Origin: a virus
Taxonomy: Duplodnaviria; Caudoviricetes
DNA: 55,941 bases
IMG/VR virus record: IMGVR_UViG_3300021087_000017
Coordinates: 1 to 55,941 of that record
Direction: 5' to 3' (one strand)
Shown: piece after piece, positions 1 to 8,792 of the stretch
How the letters are laid out: every line of letters begins with the position of its first letter
Position numbering within the stretch: the first letter of the stretch is position 1
The notes under the pieces: model-generated
What the model saw: the letters and a program-made list of their open reading frames with translations, nothing else
The model's database searches: none
Told to the model about the DNA's origin: nothing
Program-made: the position numbers and the translations under genes

Positions 1-201
1 ATGTTCTGCTTGCGTAATTGCATCAGTTCCAGTAAGAGTTACTAAATCTCGTACAAACGATCCCCCAAGAGTAGTAGTACCTGCAGTGACAGTAACCCCA
101 CCGGCAGTAACCGTTAAACCACCTGAAGTTACCGTCATGCCATCTTCAACAAAAACATCTTCAGGGACACGAGATACTCCTTGTGTCATTTTAAAACTAG
201 C
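1..201. repeat. Terminal direct repeat from circular assembly (copy 1)
   Basis: 1-201 matches 55740-55940 and lies inside a coding gene; implies a complete circular or permuted genome of 55,739 bp. Confidence 0.95.
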
Positions 202-229
202 CATTTATATATTCCTTTCTTTAGCTAAG

Positions 230-715
230 TTATGATACAGTAGCACTAAACATCGTGGCGATATTAGAACCTGCGGCACAAGTAACCATACCGCTTACTG
301 CATATTGATTAGATGCTATATCAATAAGTTCAACATAATCACCTATCGCACCCCCACCAGTAGTCGTACCATTTAATGTAATGGTATCTGAAGCAGCAGC
401 AGTTACAAAAGAAGTAGCCGCTGTTCCGTCAGCATCAGTAATAATAATCTGACCGTCTATAGTGTCTGTTGCATCTGCTACTTTAATTAAATAATTAGAA
501 GTATTTACTACAGATACAACAAATTTAAATACACTACCCGTGCCTGTTGCAGCAGGAAGCGTAAAAGTTGCAGCGGCATCGCCACCGACTTCGCCCATAA
601 GAAGTGTTCTACCTACATGGTCCGCCGTAGTTATAGAGGCAGTTGCAGTTAGAGTTACAATATCGGCAGTATGCCTATCAACATTTTCACTTATAAGTCC
701 TTGTAATAGAGGCAT
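230..715 (-). CDS. Virion structural/decoration protein, paralog of 55347..55928
   Basis: Thr/Ala/Gly-rich 161 aa in the structural arm; shares LLMGEVGGDAAATFTLPAATG and SVVNTSNYxIKVADATDTIDG with the neighbouring gene across the junction; AGGAG RBS. Confidence 0.65.
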   Translation of the reverse strand: MPLLQGLISENVDRHTADIVTLTATASITTADHVGRTLLMGEVGGDAAATFTLPAATGTGSVFKFVVSVVNTSNYLIKVADATDTIDGQIIITDADGTAATSFVTAAASDTITLNGTTTGGGAIGDYVELIDIASNQYAVSGMVTCAAGSNIATMFSATVS

Positions 716-726
716 AGGCTTTCTCC

Positions 727-1026
727 TTACGACAACACTAGTCGCATTGTTACATCCGTACCGCCTACACGCTGGTAATTTAAGTATTGAGCATCACCTG
801 CTTGTTTAGGTACAGTAAGTGAATGTAGGCCAGCAGCTAATTTAATGTCATTAGCCGTACTAATAGCAGCAGTACTAGAAGCGCCAAAATTAACATAAAT
901 TTCACCATTTAAATGAACCGTTGCCAAATTATAATTTGTAACATTTGTTCCTGCTGCAGTTGAGGCAACGGTTACAGCCGACTGCACATCCCAGAACATG
1001 TTATTTCCTTGCGGTACTTGCGTCAT
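727..1026 (-). CDS. Small putative virion protein
   Basis: AGGAGA RBS, colinear in the structural operon, beta-rich composition. Confidence 0.6.
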   Translation of the reverse strand: MTQVPQGNNMFWDVQSAVTVASTAAGTNVTNYNLATVHLNGEIYVNFGASSTAAISTANDIKLAAGLHSLTVPKQAGDAQYLNYQRVGGTDVTMRLVLS

Positions 1027-1040
1027 AATCTTCTCCTATA

Positions 1041-1976
1041 TTAAAAAGTTGCCGAAGAGGCATAAACAGAATGGCTTGATCTGGGGATATAAGTAGATCG
1101 TACATAATCATACCTGTTAATAAGTAAAGTTTGCATATGTTTTATGCCCTCATTAAATAAGGCAAAACTACGTTCATACAAAGGTACTTCACTTCTGTAC
1201 AAATAAGCATAAGCAATAGCACCATCTGTAATAATATAACCGAACCTATCTGGAATTGAAGTCGTATCACCGTGAGCAGAAAGGTCTGTACTAGGATGTG
1301 TATAGTAATCAAATGTTAATGTATACGCCTTATCAGGAAAAGGCCATAGACCATACGTATTATCTGGGTGTCTGAATACATGAGTAGGTACACCCCCTGC
1401 ATCAATTTGAGCTACAGTATCTGCACTTGAATGACTGGCAGCAGTTGTACTTTCTGCGCCTCTTGTAGCCCCTGTAAACGTAGTAGAGGTAGTCCCCGTA
1501 TACGTAATACTTTCTGAATTAATAATTATAGTTCCTGTAGAATCAAAGGATGAAGTACTAGATACTGGAATTGTTGTATCGTCATCGTCAATACCACTAG
1601 TTAATGTAGTAGTTACTGTATCGTCTTCCTGCTTAATAAATAAATTTAAATATTCTTTATAATCTAAGTACGTTAAATGGCGGGCAGCATTACCAAAGGT
1701 TTCACTTTTTCTAATTCTAAATGTAGCATAATCTACGTGCTTTGTATTTGAAGGCAATGCATACTTAACTACTCCTGCTGTAAGCGTCTTACTAACTTCT
1801 GCAGCATTAAAAGGCCAACCAAATTCCCGTTGATTAATATAACGGATAGATTGATTGACCGCATTTTTTACTTGTATTTGAATACCACGAGCATCACTAA
1901 AGTCTGATGAGGTAAGTTGTACTTCATTCAGTTTAGCTAACGCCTCATTTGTATATGTTAGAAATGAATTTGCCAT
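1041..1976 (-). CDS. Tail tubular protein A / head-tail adaptor (T7 gp11-like) with an inserted Thr/Ser-rich domain
   Basis: N-terminal FLTYTNEALAKLNEV, WPF and WPFPDKAY motifs; lies just downstream of the capsid genes. Confidence 0.75.
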   Translation of the reverse strand: MANSFLTYTNEALAKLNEVQLTSSDFSDARGIQIQVKNAVNQSIRYINQREFGWPFNAAEVSKTLTAGVVKYALPSNTKHVDYATFRIRKSETFGNAARHLTYLDYKEYLNLFIKQEDDTVTTTLTSGIDDDDTTIPVSSTSSFDSTGTIIINSESITYTGTTSTTFTGATRGAESTTAASHSSADTVAQIDAGGVPTHVFRHPDNTYGLWPFPDKAYTLTFDYYTHPSTDLSAHGDTTSIPDRFGYIITDGAIAYAYLYRSEVPLYERSFALFNEGIKHMQTLLINRYDYVRSTYIPRSSHSVYASSATF

Positions 1977-1992
1977 CTATTCTCTTTTCTAT

Positions 1993-2029
1993 AAAGTTAG
2001 TGAGGAGGACTTTTATTGTCCCCCTCACC
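1993..2029 (-). terminator. Intrinsic terminator after the capsid genes
   Basis: Minus strand GTGAGGGGGAC-aataaaa-GTCCTCCTCAC followed by TAACTTT; position is analogous to T7 Tphi. Confidence 0.65.
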
Positions 2030-2042
2030 ATACTCTAACTAA

Positions 2043-2576
2043 CTACGCAAGCTGATCACGATCAACTTCCACAGTGTCTTCAGCCCAACCATTACAGTCA
2101 ATAGCACAAGCGTAAACTCTTAGACGACCTTCCGTAACATCTGCAGAAGCCGCAATCAACTTAACGTCAATCGTATCTGCACTAGTTACAAAACATTCAA
2201 ACAAAGAGTCAGCACCAGTAATAACATCATTAGATTGACCATTACTTCCTTCAGCAAGAATACCTGTTGAAGTAACGTCACCAGCATCAATGATGTCATC
2301 GCCAGCCGCAAAGTCAATATCTACCGTTGGTGAAGAGCCATCAAAAGCTTTCAAAACTTCCGCACCCGCAAATAAAACAAACGTATTTGCAGGAACTTCA
2401 AGAAGTTGAAAGATATCACCGTTAGTACAAGAGTAACCATCAGCGGTTAGCATATCCATGTCGAGGACAGCTTCAATCATCCTCATCTTCTGACCGCCAC
2501 GATCACCCTGATTAATAGCACTGGAGCTGGAACTTACGCCAGTGGTAGCTTTAGCTGTCATATCAAAAGTTGCCAT
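2043..2576 (-). CDS. Minor capsid/decoration protein
   Basis: Directly follows the major capsid gene with a GGAGG RBS; acidic, beta-rich. Confidence 0.6.
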   Translation of the reverse strand: MATFDMTAKATTGVSSSSSAINQGDRGGQKMRMIEAVLDMDMLTADGYSCTNGDIFQLLEVPANTFVLFAGAEVLKAFDGSSPTVDIDFAAGDDIIDAGDVTSTGILAEGSNGQSNDVITGADSLFECFVTSADTIDVKLIAASADVTEGRLRVYACAIDCNGWAEDTVEVDRDQLA

Positions 2577-2592
2577 AGTGTATATCCCTCCC

Positions 2593-3666
2593 TTATGCTA
2601 TGTTGTACTTGGCATTAGCAACTGCTTCTGGGCGAAGGATTTTCCGACCATAGAGATGCATACCACGCACGATATCCGCAAAACTATCAGGATCACGATA
2701 AGATTCAGTTTTCGTGATCTGACTTGCAGTGGCAATAGCAGAAGCATGACCCGCAACAATAACACCATAGTTAGAGTTCTGGTTAGCGGTACCACTTGTA
2801 CCGGGACCAGTACCTACAGAAGGTAGATTGTTGGAGACATACACCTTAAAGCCGTAGTAGTTGTTTAGAACCAGCCCATTACGCAACGCACCAGATTCAC
2901 CGAAGTCTGAATTTAGAAAACGTGAGTCTTCGTCCATTAGAACTTCCATAAAGTGAGGCGAAATAACAAGCCAGCGACCATCCTTGTCCACAAACTGCGT
3001 GTCCAACAGACGGCCCATACGAGCCACAACCATGTTTGGAGATGCCGTAGCAGTGGGAAGGGCACTAGCACCGGGAAGTCGGGGAGCAAGCGGAATAGAA
3101 TGCGTACCCGCCGAAGTCGTAGTGATGCTACCGAAATCACCCTTCTTTAGCTGCATGGAAGATAGCAACTCATTTGAACCAGCAGTCGAAACAGCCTTAG
3201 TTCCAGATACCGTAGTATTAGCGGTACTGGATACAGCACTGAGAGAAGCTTGAGCAAAACCAGAAAGGTAACCCAAAACTTCCATGTCATACTGATCCTT
3301 CAGACGATAACCCGCCCGATCAGATGCCATCGACTGAAAATTCACATGCGAATGCGCCTCTTCAATGTCATCTACCTTGAAAGCAAAGTAGTTTGCCTTG
3401 TCTACGACAAGACTAAAATCTTCATCATCAAGGTCTTGTGGAGTAACCTGAGCACCACGGGCATATTCTTTGACCGTGATTTCAGGCTCTTTAATAATGC
3501 GGACAGTATCGCCCATACTGGCGATCTCACCAAAGTAATCATTATTGGTGATGTCCTCTGCGACAGACGACTTACGAAAAGCAAGCTGGGTCTGTTTGGA
3601 ATAAATTACAGGGCTAAAATTACCGTTAGGTAAATTGTTATAACCTGCAGCACGAGTAAAAGCCAT
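2593..3666 (-). CDS. Major capsid protein
   Basis: NFSPVIYSK, GDTVRI, FAFKVDDIE and FADIVRGMHLYGRKILRPEA motifs typical of this HK97-fold capsid family; follows the scaffold gene. Confidence 0.92.
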   Translation of the reverse strand: MAFTRAAGYNNLPNGNFSPVIYSKQTQLAFRKSSVAEDITNNDYFGEIASMGDTVRIIKEPEITVKEYARGAQVTPQDLDDEDFSLVVDKANYFAFKVDDIEEAHSHVNFQSMASDRAGYRLKDQYDMEVLGYLSGFAQASLSAVSSTANTTVSGTKAVSTAGSNELLSSMQLKKGDFGSITTTSAGTHSIPLAPRLPGASALPTATASPNMVVARMGRLLDTQFVDKDGRWLVISPHFMEVLMDEDSRFLNSDFGESGALRNGLVLNNYYGFKVYVSNNLPSVGTGPGTSGTANQNSNYGVIVAGHASAIATASQITKTESYRDPDSFADIVRGMHLYGRKILRPEAVANAKYNIA

Positions 3667-3719
3667 ATTAGCTCTCCCTTTCTCGTATTTAACAGACGCT
3701 AACTTACGATTGTCTTGTA

Positions 3720-3868
3720 GAGGCTATTTTTTCAGGGTGCATTAATTAATATATTTGGCCTAACATATTAGTAATGGGCCTAAAGTAAAATAGGTAAATC
3801 ATTAAGATAATAGTAGTTGCATATTTTAGTTCGACGTATGAGTAGTCCTGTAATAATAGGAGGTCATA
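3720..3868 (-). promoter_or_regulatory. Structured 5' leader of the capsid gene (two hairpins with CC/YAC internal loops)
   Basis: 3868-3837 reads TATGA-CC-TCCT-loop-AGGA-CTAC-TCATA. 3800-3720 reads GA-TTTAC-CTATTTT..TTAGG-CC-CATTA...TAATG-CAC-CCTGA..AAAATAG-CC-TC. Confidence 0.65.
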
Positions 3869-3882
3869 AAATTATACTTATA

Positions 3883-3910
3883 GTTATATAGATATATTAC
3901 GATTTGTCAA
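3883..3910 (-). promoter_or_regulatory. Sigma70-type promoter for the capsid operon
   Basis: Minus strand TTGACA-N16-TATAAC just after the scaffold stop codon. Confidence 0.65.
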
Positions 3911-3913
3911 GGA

Positions 3914-4774
3914 TTATCTTGCTGATCCTGAAATATCGTAAATAAATTTATCAGTACGAATAGCTTCCATAATAGCATCTTGATTCTCTTCGTACTCATC
4001 ACTTGACATGTCTTGTACACTAGACTCTCTAAAGTAATCTGAAGTCTCATCTGATTGGGGGCGGCTTCGTTCAGTCTTTTCAGATACAGCAAAAGCAGCA
4101 TCCTTATTACTTTTCTTTTTAGTAGCTTTAATACCCTTATCAGATTTATATAGATCAATTGCTCTGGCTGCAGCTAAGGCATCTACATCATTTTCGTATA
4201 AAACATCTTGAATCCACTTAGGTTGTTCTTCTGCCCATTCGTGAAATTCATCCTGATTTCGTATATCAGCAAAGTCTGGATGTAGTTTCATTAAATGTGC
4301 TTCTGCTTTATTACGCTCTACCTCTTCCTGCATTTCATCTATTTCTTGTATACGATCTTTTAATCCTTGTGATTGTTCTTGGGCTTTTCTTATTGCTATT
4401 GTCTCAATAATACCCGCTACGTCTGGGTATTGCTGTGCCCATGCTTCTATCTCTTCTTCTGTTTTAGGTAGCTTTATTGATTCTTTAGTTGAAGCATCTA
4501 GCTGTGTTTCTAATTGCTTAACCTTTGCTTGTAATTCATCTGTTTGTTTTTGACTATGCCTACGTAAATCACCGTATCTCTTTTTAAATGTTTTTTCTTC
4601 AGAAGACTTAGGGGTTTCTTCTACTTGTTGTTGCTCTTCTTCCTCTGAGTTACCTTGTTCAGAAAGTAATTCTTTTAGCTCTTCTTCTTCTCGCTCAATC
4701 TTTTCTTGATTAGAGTTAGGTTTCTGCATAAAAGTTTTCTTAGGTATTTCTTTAACTTCTTCTAATTCAGGCAT
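3914..4774 (-). CDS. Capsid assembly scaffolding protein
   Basis: Highly charged coiled coil with FKKRYGDLRRH and LHPDF motifs; lies directly upstream of the major capsid gene. Confidence 0.8.
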   Translation of the reverse strand: MPELEEVKEIPKKTFMQKPNSNQEKIEREEEELKELLSEQGNSEEEEQQQVEETPKSSEEKTFKKRYGDLRRHSQKQTDELQAKVKQLETQLDASTKESIKLPKTEEEIEAWAQQYPDVAGIIETIAIRKAQEQSQGLKDRIQEIDEMQEEVERNKAEAHLMKLHPDFADIRNQDEFHEWAEEQPKWIQDVLYENDVDALAAARAIDLYKSDKGIKATKKKSNKDAAFAVSEKTERSRPQSDETSDYFRESSVQDMSSDEYEENQDAIMEAIRTDKFIYDISGSAR

Positions 4775-4789
4775 CGTAAGTCTCCTTTA

Positions 4790-4843
4790 CCGGGGCCACC
4801 GTAGCTGTATAAATAAATATAAATACAGGGGATGAGTAGCCAG
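4790..4843 (-). promoter_or_regulatory. Structured leader hairpin abutting the scaffold RBS
   Basis: CTGG-CTAC-TCATC-CC-CTGTAT-loop-ATACAG-CTAC-GGTGG-CC-CCGG, followed directly by TAAAGGAGA and the ATG. Confidence 0.7.
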
Positions 4844-4855
4844 CCTATGGGTTTA

Positions 4856-6505
4856 TTACACTCGTCTGGCAAAACCCTTACCATTACTACGTAATCTTTT
4901 AGTTGGTTTCTTTAGTTTACGTCTAGCAGCTAAACCGCCTAAAGACCAACTTGGATCACCAAACTCACCGCCGTCATCGGATTCTCCGGGCGTACCTTCG
5001 CCTTCACTGTCTTCACCTTCCATACCACTATTGCTTGCTGCCTCTCCCGGTGCTGCGTCTGCATCCACACCCGGTGTATCGGGGTCTTCACCTTGTGATG
5101 GATTACCTATGTTTCCAAAGCCCTGACCTTGACCTGCACCTTGTGATGCAACACCTATGTTTCCAAAGCCCTGACCTTGACCTGCACCTTGCGACGATAA
5201 TGATGGCGCATCAAAGCCAATGGTATCTTCATCAACATCAACTCCGGTAACACCGAAGCTAGGGGTACCCGGAGGGGTTGCGCCGGATAGATCAGCACCA
5301 AATAAGGCATCTACATCTACATCATCTGGAAGGCCCGGAGGGGTTGTATCCTCACCTTTAGAAGTAACATCTGTCCCATATAAAGCCTCATCTTCTGCTT
5401 CTGTTGTTCCAAGTGGTCCCCACATACCATAAGTAGTGCCCCGACCAATTGCATCAAATAATGCCTCAAGACTTGGTAAGTCACCAGCACCCATATTAGG
5501 ATCACCTGTACCTTCTGGCCCGGATTCAGGGCCATCCGGCCCACCAACAGCACCGGGGCCTTCTGCTAGTGTCTCATCTGGTTTTTCTTCTTCTTCTGGT
5601 TCATCTTCTACTTCATCTGGTTCATCGGGCGTCCAAGGATTAGCACCGGGATTATCTGGATCAAACCTTTGATAACCATCTGGCTCATCATATATTTGCC
5701 TACCATTAAGAACAGGAATTTGTAAAATTACACCGTCTTCATTCCTAAAGAAATTAAAGGAAGTCACACCACCAGTAACATCACCAAAATTAGGTAGTGT
5801 AGGTAGTATTCCGGGCGGGGTAGTACCTGCAACTGGTGCTCCTGTACGAACCGGCCCCGGATTAATACCGGCCATTGTAGTATTAGTAAAAGTAGTTGGA
5901 GTAGTAATTTGTCCTACATTTGCTGGTGTAACTGTTGGTTGGGCAGTTACTTGGGGTTGTCCTGTAGCAGGGTTAATAGTATTAGTATACATAGTTTGTG
6001 CAGGTGGTAAATAAGAAGTATTAGGAATAGTTTGTTGAGTAGAAGGATTAACGTAACCACCTGTTTGAAAATTCCGATTATCCTGTTGCATAGGCATTCC
6101 ACCATATCTAGCAGCAGGTTGTTCTTCTGGCATACCTTCTTCGTCTTCTACGTATTCCATATCAACTACAGAAAAGGGTAGCCCACCGGGATTAAACATA
6201 GCAGTATCAGGAATACTGGCTTCATCTGGATTCCCCATCTGGCCCATAGCTTCCATCTTTTTGTAGCCCATCTTAGCTTCATCACGCAGCTTCATAAAAT
6301 GTTCTACCCCGTGATAGCGAACTACATCTTCTGGAATAACCATCTCTCCTTCGCTGACATTTGCTTCAATGTCATCGCGTACTCCCTCTTGAGTACCTCC
6401 GGGTGGAACTGCATTGCCAGAAACAGAATCAACCTCTCCACCTTCTTGCATCAATTCCATATTATTTTCTTCTTTAAACATTTCCATTTGATCATCTAAA
6501 GCCAT
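4856..6505 (-). CDS. Acidic low-complexity head-associated protein of unknown function
   Basis: N-terminal RDDIEANVSEGEMVIPEDVVRYHG domain, long Gly/Pro/Asp/Glu-rich region and basic C-terminal tail; lies between portal and scaffold genes. Confidence 0.6.
   Translation of the reverse strand: MALDDQMEMFKEENNMELMQEGGEVDSVSGNAVPPGGTQEGVRDDIEANVSEGEMVIPEDVVRYHGVEHFMKLRDEAKMGYKKMEAMGQMGNPDEASIPDTAMFNPGGLPFSVVDMEYVEDEEGMPEEQPAARYGGMPMQQDNRNFQTGGYVNPSTQQTIPNTSYLPPAQTMYTNTINPATGQPQVTAQPTVTPANVGQITTPTTFTNTTMAGINPGPVRTGAPVAGTTPPGILPTLPNFGDVTGGVTSFNFFRNEDGVILQIPVLNGRQIYDEPDGYQRFDPDNPGANPWTPDEPDEVEDEPEEEEKPDETLAEGPGAVGGPDGPESGPEGTGDPNMGAGDLPSLEALFDAIGRGTTYGMWGPLGTTEAEDEALYGTDVTSKGEDTTPPGLPDDVDVDALFGADLSGATPPGTPSFGVTGVDVDEDTIGFDAPSLSSQGAGQGQGFGNIGVASQGAGQGQGFGNIGNPSQGEDPDTPGVDADAAPGEAASNSGMEGEDSEGEGTPGESDDGGEFGDPSWSLGGLAARRKLKKPTKRLRSNGKGFARRV
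5089..5194. repeat. 48-bp in-frame tandem duplication (SQGAGQGQGFGNIG x2)
   Basis: acctatgtttccaaagccctgaccttgacctgcaccttg occurs at 5105 and 5153. Confidence 0.9.
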
Positions 6506-6723
6506 TATTTATTCCCCATTACGTTTTGTCGTAAGCCCTTAATATGTTTCAATACTTCAATAGCACCTTGAGCTTTATATAAAGTTATGTGTTCTTGAGA
6601 TTGCTCCAAAACTTTATGCTGCTGTTCAATTAAAAAATCTAAGTAGTTACTTAAATTAACCCATTGGCGGTTGTTGTTGAATAGGGGGTGGAGCTTGCCC
6701 CATAGTTCCTCCTGCTTGTTCAT
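6505..6723 (-). CDS. Small hypothetical protein downstream of portal
   Basis: Overlaps the portal end; TAATG-coupled to the next gene; helical with LYKAQGAIEVL. Confidence 0.65.
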   Translation of the reverse strand: MNKQEELWGKLHPLFNNNRQWVNLSNYLDFLIEQQHKVLEQSQEHITLYKAQGAIEVLKHIKGLRQNVMGNK

Positions 6724-8782
6724 TACCTGTAAATCCTTGTTCTTGTGGTGCAGGTGCCTGACCAGTTCCTATAGCTCCACCACCTGTACCTGCTGTATCT
6801 TGCGGGTTCATTCCGGGGGGAACTTGCTGTGGTTGTTGGGGCTGTTGAGGTTGAGTAGCCTGAAATTGTTTAAGAAGCTCTGCTTGTATAGCTGCATCTT
6901 CCATACTATTTGTAACTTTTTCAGGATCAAGCCCCATAGATTTTGCAATCTCAGCAATGATGTAATGAAACTTAGCAAAAGGAGCTAGTGCTGGATTACT
7001 TGCGACACCTAAGAATTGCATTAATCTCTGGCTTCTAACCTCATTTGCCATTAGACTTTCAGTTCCACGCGCTTTAACTTCTAAGTCTCCTCTAAGTTCA
7101 GGATCAAAATCAAATTGCATATTAAACTGAAAGAAACCTTCACCCAATGGGTGTAACAAATAATCATCTACATTCTTAATAATATTTTTAATTGCACCAG
7201 AAGCAGCACCCATTAACATACTAATGCCACTTGCTGTTCTACCTGTTCCTGCTACACCAGTTTGACCATGTGCAAAAGAAGGAAAGCCTGTACTTTCATC
7301 TGCAAGCTGCCTAGCCTTATCAAACAACTGTAAATTTTCATTTGACACATTGGGGAACTTAGTTCCAAAGATAGCCTGTCCCGGTGCCCCACCCTGCCGT
7401 CTAAATATCTTACCGGGATATACAGACAAGTCTTGCCCCGGAACTAAATTAGTTTCGTCTACCTCTATAATTAAATTACCTGACAATACAGCGTTATCTA
7501 CTGACATACGCATAAAGCCATTCATAAGAGATTGTGTATCCTCCATGTTTTCTGCTATACCTACACCAAAGAAACTATATGGATTTAACTCATAAGGAAC
7601 AGCCATGTAAGGAATACGTACAGGCTTAAATGGATTTATTACAAGCCGGATTATTTTATCTTGACATAACCATATGTTAGCTTGTACTTGGTCCGCATCT
7701 TCAAACTCTTTAGGTAAATCTACTTCTTCTGAATCGAGGTAATCTCTATCTAAAATACCCCAATATTCTAATACTTCAAACCTATTTACATCGTGATGCA
7801 TATCATAATCAGCTAGCGTATCTTCCCACGATTCTTTTAAGTAGGATTCACCCATCGCAACGCATTCTTCAATTACCTTTTCTCTAAAGAAGGGCCTACG
7901 TTTTAGTCCTCTTAATTGTGTCCTGCTTAGTTTATGTCGCTCGACTACATACTGGGCCTCATCCATATTATTTGCATCTGGATCGGGATAAAAATTCCAC
8001 ACACTTACATGGTTAAGCTGTGGGATTATCTTAATTCTAGGAGTGTACTCTCCTTCTTCTGACCAATCTGGGTATTCTTTATTAACCGCAAATGGGCCTT
8101 TAATAATACCTGTTCCAAATAAAGCCATTTCAAAAGCGGTACTGCGAAGATGCTTGGATGCATTGCTTTCCTCAAGCTGATCCATGATTTTCTTTTCCAT
8201 CTTCTTAGCAGCTACCATAGCGGGGCTAAACGTAGCAGAAGTAGGAGTACGGCCTATACCTTCTTCAACATCAATACCTTCTAGTTTCTCTTCTAGCGCA
8301 CCCAGTTCTAAGTTATTAAGTGTTGAGCCGGGAGGTAATTCTTTACCATCATCTTTATGACCATAGGGATTAGTCATCTCTTTTAATTGTTCTGGCTCCT
8401 TCGGATCAAAAGTTACATTTGCTGTAACACCTTCAGGAAGAGTAGTAGGCTCAATACTTAGGGGAAATTTCTGACCAGCAAAAAGTACATCTACAATTTG
8501 ACCATACGCAGCTAGTGTTTTAGTTTTAGTTACTTTAATAAAAGTCCGACATTTTTCTGAATCTGTAAACTTAACATCTTGTCCATACAAACCTCTATAG
8601 TTACGATATGCACTTAACCAACGATCTTCATCGGAATCTCGATAATCTTTTGCACGAGAATACCTTTCCTGCACAAATCTGACAATAGGACTATTACCAT
8701 AATCCTCCTCATCTGAAGAAGTTTTTACATCCTCCATAACCAGTGCACTGTCTTCAATTATTACATCTTCTTCTTCGGCCAT
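6656..8782 (-). CDS. Portal protein
   Basis: 708 aa following TerL; ALFGTGIIK, VSVWNFYPDP, FFGVGIAE and RTASGISML motifs. Confidence 0.9.
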   Translation of the reverse strand: MAEEEDVIIEDSALVMEDVKTSSDEEDYGNSPIVRFVQERYSRAKDYRDSDEDRWLSAYRNYRGLYGQDVKFTDSEKCRTFIKVTKTKTLAAYGQIVDVLFAGQKFPLSIEPTTLPEGVTANVTFDPKEPEQLKEMTNPYGHKDDGKELPPGSTLNNLELGALEEKLEGIDVEEGIGRTPTSATFSPAMVAAKKMEKKIMDQLEESNASKHLRSTAFEMALFGTGIIKGPFAVNKEYPDWSEEGEYTPRIKIIPQLNHVSVWNFYPDPDANNMDEAQYVVERHKLSRTQLRGLKRRPFFREKVIEECVAMGESYLKESWEDTLADYDMHHDVNRFEVLEYWGILDRDYLDSEEVDLPKEFEDADQVQANIWLCQDKIIRLVINPFKPVRIPYMAVPYELNPYSFFGVGIAENMEDTQSLMNGFMRMSVDNAVLSGNLIIEVDETNLVPGQDLSVYPGKIFRRQGGAPGQAIFGTKFPNVSNENLQLFDKARQLADESTGFPSFAHGQTGVAGTGRTASGISMLMGAASGAIKNIIKNVDDYLLHPLGEGFFQFNMQFDFDPELRGDLEVKARGTESLMANEVRSQRLMQFLGVASNPALAPFAKFHYIIAEIAKSMGLDPEKVTNSMEDAAIQAELLKQFQATQPQQPQQPQQVPPGMNPQDTAGTGGGAIGTGQAPAPQEQGFTGNEQAGGTMGQAPPPIQQQPPMG

Positions 8783-8792
8783 TTAATTATCC

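Noticed and set aside
1-201. 201-bp terminal repeat as a biological DTR
   Set aside because: It lies inside a structural gene whose frame runs through the junction; better explained as assembler overlap.
2577-2620. T7-like capsid frameshift or readthrough extension
   Set aside because: No slippery heptamer seen near the capsid stop, and the next gene has its own strong RBS.
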